A DNA stretch of 58,310 nt. Origin: Thelocarpon superellum. Its lineage: Eukaryota. Shown here piece after piece: positions 35,287 to 47,331 of this stretch. A model generated the notes under the pieces. The model was not told the origin of the DNA. It did not search any database and saw nothing but the letters and a program-made list of their open reading frames with translations. The position numbers and the translations under genes were made by a program. The DNA lies in contig JAPEUG010000068.1 of the NCBI GenBank assembly GCA_026025795.1, forward strand, positions 1-58,310. The letters are read 5' to 3'. Positions within the stretch are counted from its first letter, which is position 1. Each line of letters opens with the position of its first letter.

Positions 35287-36773
35287 GGCCGGTGGAGCCT
35301 TCTGGTGTGATCCACCTCAAGCAGGGGAGACGGACAGCGCGGAGATCGCAGAGGGGGAGGGCGAGTTTCGTGCATCTGATCAGATGGTTATGCACGTGCC
35401 GCCGTGGGAAACCAAAAAGCCTCTGGCGCAGCTTAGAAGGCCGCGCCCACCGAACTCGTCAGCTTCACCGACGGAGTCATCTAAGGCTGAGGGGATAGGC
35501 CCCAGCCAGTCATCGCACGCCATCCTATTGTACCTCCGCGCGACTCTTGGCAGCTTGACGGACGTTGCTGGGTCAAACAGAAAGATCTCATCGGAGTGCA
35601 TGTTCATGTCCCGCGACGCTTACTTGTACTCGGCTCATGGGACCTGAGAATGACGTACAAATGGGACCATGTTTCGCGCGAAGTCCGCTACGGTTAACGC
35701 TGATGATGCCTGCGGGTTTCTATCCTCTCCCAGCCCATGGTAGCTTTGATGGAATAAGACTTCTCCACCCAACATGGCGGTCCAAGTCACATTTACCCGA
35801 CCGGACGAGGGTTGCTTCACCAGACAAACGGCTTGGTCGCTTGAAGCTACTACAGCGTAGCGAAGCTCGAATATCATGATCTGTCCCGAAACAGACAACA
35901 TACCCCATTCAACCTTGATACCATCTCCTGTCGAGGCATGCTCCCTTATCATTCCTCCAAAACGACGATTCCGGTTTGCTTCCGTCGAGCGGCCCGTCAC
36001 CAACTGCCAGCTGTTGGTAAAGCCTCCCAGCTACGTCGCCTCCTGTCTCATGAGAGAGCACTCCTCTAGCTTGAGGGTAGGTCGTAGCCGTGGATTTGCG
36101 TACATCCGTGCAATGCTGTCGCGGCCACCACCGGGCCGCTTTACCGAGGCACCGCGCCGGGCCAAGTCACCGGGCTCTAGACGCGTACCTTCGGCCTCTG
36201 CGTTTCTGGCCTGCATCGTCCGTCGCTACGTGGCTTGCGAAATGAAACATCGTGAGCTTTACATCCTCACCACCTGGACCTATGCTATCTTCATCGTCCA
36301 CTTTGGCAGCGAGTTGTGGCACAACTGAACGGGGCGACGGACCGAAGCCGTTCCGACGCGCCTGGTCCCCCTTCTGTCGCTGGTCTGGATGTGGACGCAA
36401 TGGGGACTTTCATCTGCAGTAAATCAGGCGAGCTCGAGGTGGACGACACGAGCCACGGTCGCCGTATCCACCACCGTCATGTTGCAGAGTAGCCGTGCTC
36501 TACCTTATCATCGACTATAAGAGCATTTAGATAGCGTTGGCGCTGGATGCGAGATGGACAAATTTACCGCGGGGCCCCTTGACGATGGAGCTTGCCCCTT
36601 GCATCCTAAAACCAGGTGGCGATGGCAGACTGACAACCGAGAAATGAGCTGGGGAGCTGACCTTCGTCAGCCTGTTTTCCCCAAACTGCTCGCGCGGTCA
36701 ACATTGACCCACCTGCAGAGCTCCCGCCAGTTTCTTTGATCTGCCTTCGTCAACAAGGTAGATCAGGCGGGCA

Positions 36774-38252
36774 ATGGATGGCGATCCTGCCGTGGAGCCC
36801 GTCCTCGACACGTTCGGTCTGATCCTGCCCTTGCCATACCGCGTGGCGGTCATTATTGTGCTCGGTAGGTTCAAGGACGCTTGCTGGTGTCGCATCATCA
36901 TCAGCACCCTACCGCGGTACGCTGACTGAGTCTAGGAATTTGGGCATGGGGACTCAATCTCCATTATCTGTCGCTCCTAAAGATTGTATGTGCAGTGCCA
37001 CCATCGAGCCGGGCGAAGCTGATGGTCGCTTAGGATGTGCCGGCGCTCATCCGATACCCAAGCCGCTCCTCATCCGGTCTACCCTCACACCACCTCTCCA
37101 CCTATCGACTGGCCACCCTCCTCACCATCCCTCTTGCGGGCTCTTTGTGCTTGTTTTGGATCGTGACCCACGGTCAAACCCGCCGAGTGTTGAATTGGGA
37201 AATCCTGCCACAGTCTTACCTCTTCCTCCTCGTCCTCATCTTCGTCCTCCCCGTCCAGTCGCTCTCCAAAGGCGGACGCTACCGATTCTTGACGACTCTC
37301 AAGCGGGTGAGCATCGGCGGGATAGCGGAGGTGCAAGATGGTCGGTTCGGAGATATCTTGTTGGCGGATGTGTTGACCTCGTACGCCAAGGTCCTGGGCG
37401 ATCTCTTTGTGTCGGCGTGCATGTTCTTCTCTTCTACCTCCTCCTCGACCGGCATGCCCAACCGGAGCTGCGGAGGGCAGTTCATGGTGCCCTTGATCAT
37501 CAGTATTCCCAGCATCATCCGGCTGCGGCAGTGTCTCATTGAGTTCTTCCGCGTGCGGCGACAAAAGGACCGACTGTCCGTTGCCGGATCCCCGTCGGGT
37601 TGGGGGGGACAGCATCTAGCCAATGCCTTGAAGTATGCCACTGCGTTTCCCGTGATCATTCTGAGTGCCTTGCAACGGGGCTACGAACCCGGCAGTGTCG
37701 GTCTGAGCGAGACCGCTCTGTTTCGTCTCTGGTAAGATACATGCTCCCAATCAGCGCCCGAGCACGACCGGCTGATAGGTCCACAGGCTCCTCTTTGTCA
37801 TTCTGAACTCTTTCTACTCCTTCTATTGGGACGTGGCGAAAGACTGGGACCTTTCCATGCTCGGCTCATCGGCCGAACGCGAGAATCCCGACCACCCTTA
37901 CGGCCTACGCCGTCACCGGTGCTTCAAGAGCCCGCGCACATACTATACCGCCATCGTCGTCGACCTCTTACTCCGATGTACCTGGAGTTTCAAGCTTTCC
38001 CCCCACCTCGACCATTTCAACGATCTCGAGGGCGGGATCTTCGCCATGGAGTTCCTTGAAGTCCTTCGCCGATGGGTCTGGGTCTTTTTCCGGGTTGAGA
38101 CGGAATGGGGTAGGTTTGGATACTCCTTCGCACCGCGCAAGAATCATCTGGTCAGAAGCTGATGGGCTTTATTGATAGTGCGTAACAACCGTGGTCCAGC
38201 GCCCGATGACATTCTCTTGGGCGACTACAATGGCAAGGCCGATGACGAGTAA
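36774..38252 (+). CDS. ERD1: EXS-family membrane protein Erd1
   Basis: MDGDPAVEPVLDTFGLILPLPYRVA, FGDILLADVLTSYAKV, RLRQCLIE, HLANALKY, SFYWDVAKDWDL, FLEVLRRWVWVFFRVETEWVR; four introns. Confidence 0.9.
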
Positions 38253-38533
38253 GAGGGTCGGTGGAGTCTGTCCTTGCGTCTTGGGCTACGGCATTGCTTT
38301 GGATCCATGTAGCAGGGTCTCCTCCACATCGGCTGGACCCATTTTCCTGTGCATGTGATGAGTCCTTGTCTTAGCATGATCACCCCTCTCTGACCCCACA
38401 AGCATTCATTAATTGATGGACGTGATCCTCTCAGTGGACTGATGACTGCAACATACGTGCCATCCAATCGCTGCATGAAGTAGCGCAGGTAAGAATACGA
38501 GACTTATATGATCTTTCGCCCTTTTCTACACAG

Positions 38534-39653
38534 CTAAACATTCGTCACGGGCGCAACCTCATGCGCCGATTCTTCCTGCTCCCAGTAATTCATCGTCTTG
38601 CGTCCACGGAAAAGCGCCCAGATCTCCCTTGGCTTCAAGTCCTTGTACCCCGGACCATCCAGCTCCGTGACGCCATCACGAGCGAGATAGGTCTTGAAGG
38701 AGCGAGGCAGATATCGACGCGGAAAGAAGATATTCTGCAGCAAGCTATTGGACAACATCAACGACGCCTCAAAGACCCAGAAGAACCACTCGTGGGTCAC
38801 GAGCGGGCTGAGGCTGGTCGCAGCGGTCAAGGCACCAAAGCCAAAGATCTCCGCGACGCGGTAGATGGTCCGGATGGTGATGAGAGTGCAACTAGCATAC
38901 AGCGTGATGAGACAGGGGCGAAGTGCGTCAATGAGGACGCCTCCTCGGTGGCAGTTGTAGTGGTAGCGTGCCGTGACGGCGATGAAGCTGACCATGCACA
39001 CAACTTGCAGCACCAAGGCCACCTTCACCTCGATGAGGCCGGCATTCTGGCTGGGCCAAGGTTCCTTATAGTTGGCCAGCCGCGACGCTCCGTTTGACGT
39101 CAGGGCGGCAATGGCCACGTCAACCAGCAGGAAGGAGGTTTGAATAATGGCTGGATGAGCCGGGGACATGTAGGGGACATAGTATAGCACGCGACCGATG
39201 AGCAGATAATTCGCCGTTTCGTAGAAAGGCCTCCGCGCGGTTCAGTGGCATGGACCAGATGACGGTGGTGGCATTCACTTACGGCCCGACATAGAGCAAG
39301 ACTTGGCTCGCAATGTAGATATTGAGATTGCTGAAATCGAAGGCGCCAATCTCTCGCAAGATGAAGCCCGCCACGAAGCAGAGGGCCGCCACGGGCAAGA
39401 AGCCACTGACGACCCAACAGTGGTAACGGCTGAGGGCACATGGCGGTCAGTGTTGGCCAGGTATCTTTGAAATTCTCGTGCTTACGTGTTCTGCACCGCG
39501 TGCACAGCGCCCGAGATGGCGAAGAGCACGGCAAATGCAACGGGGGCACCTTTGTTGGGGGCGTAAAACCACAGGCTGCCGGAAGCTTGGAGCTCGATTA
39601 GAACTCGCCTCGCCAACACGCGACGTCACGCCTAACTTACCATAATCCGCCAT
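38534..39653 (-). CDS. RTA1-like 7-TM lipid-translocating exporter family protein
   Basis: SLWFYAPNKGAP, GPPFYETANYLLIGRVLYYVPY, LYASCTLITIRTIYRVAE, HEWFFWVFEASLM; three introns. Confidence 0.85.
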
Positions 39654-40081
39654 GACGATGCTCATAGGGTCTTACGAGCCAAGAATGAGGATGAGAGATT
39701 CCGTTTGGATCAGTATGATACTCGCAACGGACTCATTGTATCAGCAACGACAAGATGAGCCATCATGAGGCTGAGACGTTATCTTTTAAATGTCCCTTCG
39801 CACTCCATCCGGATAGCAGGAGGCTGTGTCGTCTTGGCCCGGTGACGGATGCCCCGGATGCGCACGTGATCTGTATGCCTTGCAGATCACCTCGCGGCCC
39901 AACGGTGCCGTGCGCGGAATACGCGGGGCTATACATGGTGGCGGTGAGCTTGGCAGGGCGAATTCGATCTTGGTAATTACGAGATAAATATGTCAAATCT
40001 CAGATCTTCCAATTATCAGGCAAGGCAGAAAGTGGGCCGCGCTGCTAGGACTGAACAGGCTCTGGGGCCAAGCGAAACTGG

Positions 40082-40091
40082 ATATATATAT
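40082..40091 (+). promoter_or_regulatory. TATA element of the U6 (Pol III) promoter
   Basis: ATATATATAT about 20-30 nt upstream of the U6 5' hairpin, as expected for fungal U6 genes. Confidence 0.65.
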
Positions 40092-40109
40092 CATGTTGAA
40101 TAAATTTCA

Positions 40110-40265
40110 GTTGCCTTCGGGCAAATGGTCGTAAGTGACGCTCGCGAAAATTTACCATCGATGACCACTAAATTTGGACTCAGTAATTTACGATACAGAG
40201 AAGATTAGCATGGCCCCTGCACTAAGGATGACACGCTCAATCAAAGAGAAGCTACCAATTTTTTT
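40110..40265 (+). ncRNA. SNR6: U6 spliceosomal snRNA containing a 53-nt spliceosomal intron (40131-40183)
   Basis: 5' hairpin TTGCC-TTCG-GGCAA; core CGATACAGAGAAGATTAGCATGGCCCCTGCACTAAGGATGACACGC (ACAGAGA box 40195-40201, AGC triad, ISL); T7 Pol III terminator 40259-40265; insert GTAAGT...ACTAAAT...CAG. Confidence 0.97.
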
Positions 40266-40354
40266 AGGACCTCGACTTCAGTGTGAAATATTTTTATTAC
40301 CTTTGCCGATGGTCCTTGCTTCAAGATCCAAGAATTTTCGGGTTGGTGCATCGC

Positions 40355-40364
40355 GGAATCGAAC
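40355..40364 (-). promoter_or_regulatory. Pol III B-box (GTTCGATTCC) downstream of U6, inverted
   Basis: Plus-strand GGAATCGAAC is the reverse complement of the B-box consensus, about 90 nt after the U6 terminator, analogous to the extragenic B-box of yeast SNR6. Confidence 0.6.
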
Positions 40365-40624
40365 GTCCCGTGGTGGGGGCGATGTGGGGCTTACGATCGT
40401 TCGTTAGTTGGGTGAAGCATTGAGGTGCCGAGCCAACAGGAACTTGTCATTGCTCCACTTGAAACGAGAATCATCATGGGACTTGCAGTCCATCTGCTAC
40501 TGGTGACACCGTAGCCGAGCTGTCGATGCTTCCAAGCGGGCTCTTTGACTCAAAATGGTCTGAGATCTGAGATCCTTCTGGCCTTCCTTCACACCGTGCT
40601 CGGATTGCCCGAGCTCCCGGCATC

Positions 40625-43609
40625 ATGTCGAACTTCAAGAGGGCCCCGGTGCCCGGTGGGCCCTTGAAGCCCGACATCGTGGGGACATTGCATGCGATTC
40701 AGCTAGATAATCCAAAGCCAGTGCTTCCCGCGGGTACGTTCATGACCGCAGGTCCCATCCTGACGCCTGACCATCGGCAGAGATCATCTCCGCCATCATC
40801 GATTATCTCCCGGTGCCGGAGCTGCTTCGCTTTGCTCGAGCCTCGAAACGGATGAAGGAAATGGTGTACGATGACACACGATGGGTCCAGAAGCTGCAGA
40901 GAATGGGATGCTGGAGCGAGGCAGAAGCGAGGAAGCGTTTCGAAGCGGGCATGCGGCGCAAGTGGGAGGCACAACGGTCCACGAAGGACGAGGCGACGAG
41001 TCTTGAGGCCGTTGCGAACGAGGATGCCACGGCTGAACGACCGAACATCACTTTGTTTGACGCGGGTCTTGAGGAGGAGAAACGGAAGCGGGCGGAAAAG
41101 CAAGCACAAACGGGCCAGCGGGCCAAGGTGGCAGACACACCGGGCAACACGTTCTTTTCACCCACCGGCATCTCTGTGACAGAGGCCTGGCGAGGCCCAG
41201 TCGCAGAAGGCCAGGACCCACGCTTGCACGTTCTGTCCACCATTCGCTCGATCCGAGGCGCAGCCCGTCTAGAGTATGGCCGGGTGTATGCGGCTCTCGC
41301 TCCATTCTACAATGATCTGGCCAGGTCGAAGTCGCATATGGACCCGATGATCTTTCAGAAATATCATGATCCGGAACAACAAGCGCAGATGCTGGCGCAA
41401 TTGAAGATCTTCGCCCGGGGGGACCTGGCCCAAGGCTGGACGGAACGGGAGGAGAAGATCGATGGCCTGGTCGCAGTCTTTGAGGCTGCCGTGCTGCGTG
41501 AGTTTGAACAGTGAGTGACATCTTGACTCCGCTCGGCCGGTCGCTGACAGTTGCAGGGGCTACGAGGCGGGCGACGTTGATGAGCGGATGCGAAAATATG
41601 CCCATGTGCTGGTGGCGCTGAATGGGGGCCAGGCAGGAGTGGACCTCTTTGTGCGCAAGCATCCCTTGTTCGTTTCCTGGGCAGAGATGGGTAATCCCAT
41701 GGACTGCATCAATCAAGCGTCCATGGGGAATATCGCGTTGGGCACCTCCCATGAGTTCTTCACGCGACTCGCCTACGCTCTGAACGACCAGTTTGCCATC
41801 ATCCCCCGCGTCTTCCCCTCCTCCGTTAATGTCGCCGGGCCTCTTCTCGATCGCGTGGGAAAGACGATCGGGGCCGAGTTTGTCACGCCGCTATTGGATG
41901 AAGCTCATGAGCGGAATGCTGAGTCCTATCTCAAAGCCGTTGCAGGAGTCTTTCAGCAGAGTCTACGATTTACCGCGTCATTACGGCCGCCTGAAGGACT
42001 TGACCACGACTTTCAAGAAGATATCGACAAGCTGATGCTACAAGTATTCGAGCCACACGTGGACCTCTACCTACAAGACGAGCTGGCCTTTTTCAAAAAC
42101 AAGTCCGACACGGAGGTGGCGAACTGGGAAAGCAAACTGTCACAGCAAGATGCATCGACCGAGGCCTTCTTCATGTCGAACGTCAATCGACAAGCGGATA
42201 AAAGAGACTTTCTCTCATCATTTAAGAAGGTGGTCATGATGCCGGTGAATGCATTACCGGTGATCCCAGTATCCTCCCCCTTTTCCACTGCAAAGGCACC
42301 AGCGACATCACAGCCATCAGCGAATGGGCCGTCGCTGGATCCATTGTATGGATCAGCCTCACAGGGATCCACGCGACCGAACAGCCCAGGTATCGTGGAT
42401 GGAAGCGGGCCCATCAGCCGGGCTCGATCACCCACGCTCGAGGCGCCGAGGACGGAGTTGGCTGCCAAGGCGGCGCTGATGAACTCGCGACTCGAGGGAA
42501 TTCGGTCTTTGTTTAGCATCGAGGTGGCGCTCAATCTGGTGCACGCGGCCAAGACTAGCCTCGAGCGGGTGGCATTGCTTACTCGTCTTGGGGGTACGAT
42601 CGGCGAAGAAGCCAAGGTACAATGTCTCACCATCTTTGTCCTGTTGCTCAATATTCTTGGATCACGGCACATTCGACCAGGCTTCACGACGGCAGTGGAT
42701 CATCTGTCCAAGTACAATCCACGCGAAGTCAGCGAACACAGCCAACCCGGCGTGGCGCCCTTGGTCACTTTCTTGGAGTTGGTCAACGTGGGCGATCTGA
42801 TCCAGCAGATGGTGGATGTGTTCTACGAGCAAGAGCTCGTAGCGACGCGACTTACGGATCGAACGGACTTCTTGGACCCAGCGTTGAAGGAGAAGAAGCG
42901 ATTTGAGCAGATGCTAGATGAGCGGGTGGCCGCGGGTCTCAACAAGGGGATTGACGTCCTGATGGACGAAGTCGAGTATCTCTGCGCCACGACGCAAGCC
43001 GTGACGGATTTCAATCCCGACGAGTCCAGCATCACGAGCTCGAAGAGCCAGGTTCCGGACATTGGACCCAGCCAGACGGCGCGACAAATCGTGGAGGTGG
43101 TCTCATCCCACACCAAGATGCTGGTCGGCAGCACGGACAAGAACGTGCTGGACGTCTTCAACCAAGAAGTGGGACTCCGTCTCTTCGCAGCGGTGTGCAA
43201 GCACATCAAACGACAACGGATCAGCGTCACTGGCGCCATCAAATTGATCAGGTACTTTCCTCCCCACCCCTCTTCCGTCTCAATTCCAAATTTGGCCTGA
43301 CTAACCTCGTCCTCGTCTTCGTTCGATGATTGAACCAGCGACATGACGCATTACAGCAGCTACATCGCGACGCTGCGAAACAGCGACCTTTTACAATATT
43401 TCAAAGCGTTGCGCGAACTGGCCCAGATCTACCTCATCGACCCCCAGCATGCCAAGGAACTCGCGAGCATCATCGCGGACGGGAGCCGCTTCCACGGCAT
43501 CTTTGGCGCGGAAGAGGTGTACGAATTCGCCGCTCGGCGCGCCGACTGGTACCTTGTCAAGCGGGATGTGGAGCGCGCCATGTACGGGTTTGGGTGTGTG
43601 GTTATGTGA
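40625..43609 (+). CDS. RCY1: Recyclin-1 (F-box + Sec10-like domain, CAAX tail)
   Basis: F-box LPAEIISAIIDYLPVPELLRFARASKRMKEMVYDDTRWV; Sec10-like FLELVNVGDLIQQMVDVFYEQE, KKRFEQMLDERVAAGLNKGIDVL; ends GFGCVVM*; three introns. Confidence 0.93.
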
Positions 43610-43938
43610 GATATTGCCATGTTCTTCTTGTGAAAGAGGGGGAGGGAACAAGGGACCGGGTGGAGGATGGAGACGCGCATATCCTTGACTCGATATCCGA
43701 GGATGATACGGCAACTATACGGATTCTACCCTTATAGGGCACGAATGAACATGAACATAATCATAATCATGAATGGGAGATGGAGATGGAGAGGGAGAGG
43801 GAGTGGGAGTAGGAAACGGACGCCCATCCGACACCAAGATCAACCGTACGCCTTCATTCTCCCGCCTCAAACTACGATACGATAAAGTAGTACTACAACA
43901 TAGGTACATTGAGTAGCCCCCGGCCCCGGGTAGCGGAA

Positions 43939-45028
43939 CTACTGCTGCTTCTTCTGCGCCGCGGGACCCATCTCCTTGTCAAAGGCCGCATAGGAGACCT
44001 TCAAGCTGGCGACGCCGCTGATGCCTAGATATAGGATGGTCAGGAGGAGGAAAGAGACGACCAGTCCCATGAAGATTGCTGTGGTTCTCGTGTCAGACAT
44101 GGCTCATTTGAGAGGGCGAGTGAGGCTTGCTACCTGGCGTAAAGAACTGGTATCGCTGGAACAGAGGACCGTCGATCAAGGTCGTGTTGCCTTGGCTTGC
44201 TTGCGCGTTCAGGTCGCGTTTGAGCTCGACGGAGGAGGGGCGTTGTGCGGCGTCGGTTGAGTCGGCGGTCGGCTTGGATGCCGCCTCTGTGTTTGAGATG
44301 GGCGTCGTCGTGTAAAAGACACTATATCGTGAAGATGGGAGGAGGTCGATGAGGGAGGAGAGGAAGGCATCTGGCAGGTTAGCTTCAGGACGACGGACAA
44401 ATGTGCGCGTTTCTACCTACCATTCTGCGACAGTTGCAAGGTCCGCTCAAGCTCTGATTCTGGCAGATCAGAGAATTCCACCCTCATCACCCGCGGCTTC
44501 ATGTCGTCGATCGTGTCAAAGAACCCGGCTGGAGGCGGGGAATCAGTGCCAGTTCATCCTGGAGAGCGGGGAAGACCAACTCGACGCGTCAACCTCCAAC
44601 CGCGTAGCTTCGCAGATGTCTGTGACCAGCTGTTCGACGGTATCCAGCTCCAAGATGCCCACGACGTCTGCAACCTGGATGCTCGACCAGACATCTCTTT
44701 TGCCATTCAAGCCCTGTCGTAGCCGAGGACTTGCCTTGGTCGACTGGAAGTCCGCGGCCCGGACCCTTGGCTGTGAGACAATGATGTACGCATCTGACTG
44801 ACACTTTGATATCCTCGACTCGAGCACGCTGCGAACGGCGCTGGAGGTGGCGATTTGTGGGAGAGAAGCTGATGCTGCCCGGTCGCTGGAGGACGTCAGT
44901 CATGCCCGTTAGCACACAACGGAGAGCACTGACTCGGTCGTTGAAAAGTAGAAGAAGGGCGAAGTATCACGATAGGCAGACGCTAGGCCCACCGCAAGGG
45001 CGAGAGGCCCTATTCTCAGAAAGTGCAT
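43939..45028 (-). CDS. BIG1 / VOA1 (V-ATPase Ac45-like) ER membrane protein
   Basis: Signal peptide + AYRDTSPFFYFST; CQSDAYIIVSQP; LKRD; LFQRYQFFTPAIFMGL, TM, VSYAAFDKEMGPAAQKKQQ*; four introns, frame intact. Confidence 0.82.
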
Positions 45029-45230
45029 GGTTGATCCACCTGAGTGCCGCGGACGATGACACCGTGAAGCTGATATGCAGGCAGCGGACGACGTAGGTGG
45101 GTCAGTCACGTGTGTCGTTCGGTCGCAGTATGTTAGTGGAGGATTGCCGATCTGAACATTGGAATTTTGAAACTTGGAGAGACCGACAACGATTTTACCA
45201 TGTCACTTTGCACTCACCAACACTCCAGAA

Positions 45231-45963
45231 ATGTCGCGGCCGACGAAAAAGCGAAAGACATCCTCCGCCAATGCAGTGGAAGAGATCTCGTTTGACTTCG
45301 ACGCTCGGTCGGAATATCTGACCGGATTCCACAAACGCAAGCTACAACGAATCAAGCACGCGCAAGAAGAGGCAGTCAAGAAAGAACGAGCCGAGCGATT
45401 GGACCAGCGAAAACGGGTAAACCACCATCGGTCATCTACGAGAAAATGGAGAGCTGTTGATCCTTCATCTCTTCTAGCTTCGTGAAGAACGCAAAGAAGA
45501 AGCACGGAAGCATGTCGAGACGGTGAATGCTCTCTTACGGACTGGGCGAGGCGAGAGTGTCAGCAGCGCGGAGGAGACTGAAGACCCACACGACGAATGG
45601 ACAGGTGTGGGCGATACGCCAGCGGATGTGGCGCTGCATCAGCAGGAAGAATACATGGACGAAGACCGAGACACCACCGTGACAGTAGAAACGGTGGATG
45701 TATCGAAAGAGGGTCTTCGGCCAGTCCATGACCAAGGCGAAGATGCCGACGCCCCATCCACCGTACCAATCGCACCCGACGGGAACAGAAGGGGTCAAGC
45801 AGAGGGACAGTCAAGGGGCAAACGAGCCTGGGCCAAGGAGAAGCCCGTCAAGCCCAAGAAGAAGAAGAAGAAGTTTCGGTACGAGAGCAGGGCCGAGCGA
45901 AAAGTGACGCGAGGGAAAGAGCGGGCGGGCAACAAGGCCAAGGCCAAGGCGCGACGAGAATAA
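45231..45963 (+). CDS. RRP17: Nucleolar rRNA-processing protein Rrp17 (Nop25 family)
   Basis: EEISFDFDARSEYLTGFHKRKLQRIKHAQ and KKKKKKFRYESRAERK; intron 45418-45477. Confidence 0.92.
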
Positions 45964-46178
45964 GATGGAGATGGCATGAAGATGGCATGAAGATGGCGTG
46001 CATAGGGGAGATCAATAGGTGAATTATCTGCCGGCACCTCAATGCGTTTGGTACAGATCCGTAGCCACGGTCCAGCAATCGCTCGAATCTTGGCCCCGCT
46101 CCGTGGGCGAACCAAGGCTCAAGGCTCGCTCACGGCGCTCACGTTGACACGGTAGGTACATGAAATGGCGCGAGCGCT

Positions 46179-46815
46179 CTAAATCTGATCCAGGCCCTTG
46201 GTGAACTCTTCCAGCTCCTTCTGCACCTCCGCATATTTCTTGGCCATCTCCTCGTATTTCGTCTCCCACTGGTCGCGTGCGTTCTCCAGCGCTTGTACCT
46301 TGCGCTCAAAGTGCCCGGCTTTGACGTCCGTCTGGCGAAGGCTGCCACGAGGTCAGTATGCAGTGCCCATCGCGGACGGTCGGATGACGTACGAATCGGC
46401 CGTTTCCCGGATCTTCTTGTCGGCCTCCTCGGCCTCCTCCTCTAGTAGTTGTAACCTCCTCTGCAGTGTCTCGTTCTGCGTGCCATGCTGCGCACTCTCA
46501 TCCGCCGACGCCTTGGCCTCCTTGATTGCCGTCTCGAGCTTTTCCACCTCCCCCTCCAGCACTTGGTTTCGGTGGGTGAGGGAGGTGATCTCCTGGTCCT
46601 TGGTGAGGTTCTCCTGCTCCAGCGTCTTGACCTTGGCCTTGAGCTCCTCGTTTTTCGCTTGAGCCTCGTCCGCCTCAATGCGGAGGTTGTTCATTTTCTG
46701 TGGTCGCGTCAGCTCCTGCAATCCCTCGTCTCAACCCTCCTGCACCGTCGAGTGGGGTGAAGCGGGTGGGCGGCCGTGCCAGGGTGGAGCTACCCACATC
46801 CTTAATTCGATCCAT
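46179..46815 (-). CDS. TPM2: Tropomyosin (Tpm1/Tpm2/Cdc8 type)
   Basis: MDRIKD|KMNNLRIEADEAQ..LEQENLTKDQEITSL..RRLQLLEEEAEEADKK..LRQTDVKAGHFERKVQALE..LEEFTKGLDQI*; two introns. Confidence 0.9.
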
Positions 46816-47331
46816 GATGGCGAAGGCGAGCAAACACGAGGTTTGACGGAAGCGAAGTAGGTGTGGAACGCAGCTGGGGAAGAGCTGGGGTGATGTGGGT
46901 CGCTCGTCGAGATCGTGGACCAGGCGCGGTGATGGAGGGGTTATGTGGCTCGTCTAGACAGATGAAACGCATCTCCTTATCCGACCGTCTCGACACCTCC
47001 CCACGTAGAGTAGTACTCGGCACGGGTAGCGAGTCACGACACCCACAGGCGCGAGCCTCTTCGTCCTCCCTAAGCGACTTTTAGCAGCGCCACCTCCTCT
47101 CCGTCCCGGTGCGAGTTCCCAAGTAACATACTTGTAGCGAGACATCATTGCCGGGTCAACACTCCGTAGTAAACAATGCCGGACTCACCCACGTCCCCGA
47201 CTCCGACCGGTAGCAATTTTCGTCCACGAGATCTGAACCAGTTCTTGCTAAAGTGAAGCTCGATGATTCTCTGGCCGTGAAAACACACCCGCACCGGTCC
47301 CCTCAAAGAGCTCCGTCGTCGTCTGCTTACG

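Noticed and set aside
35300..36770. ORFs such as 35876..36328 in the 1.5-kb DUF2235/ERD1 divergent spacer
   Set aside because: No motifs, splice structure or ncRNA signature recognised.
40344..40460. Possible tRNA gene on the minus strand
   Set aside because: Only the T-loop and 3' end look tRNA-like; the T-stem does not pair and there is no 5' acceptor strand, D arm or anticodon arm. Kept only as a B-box.
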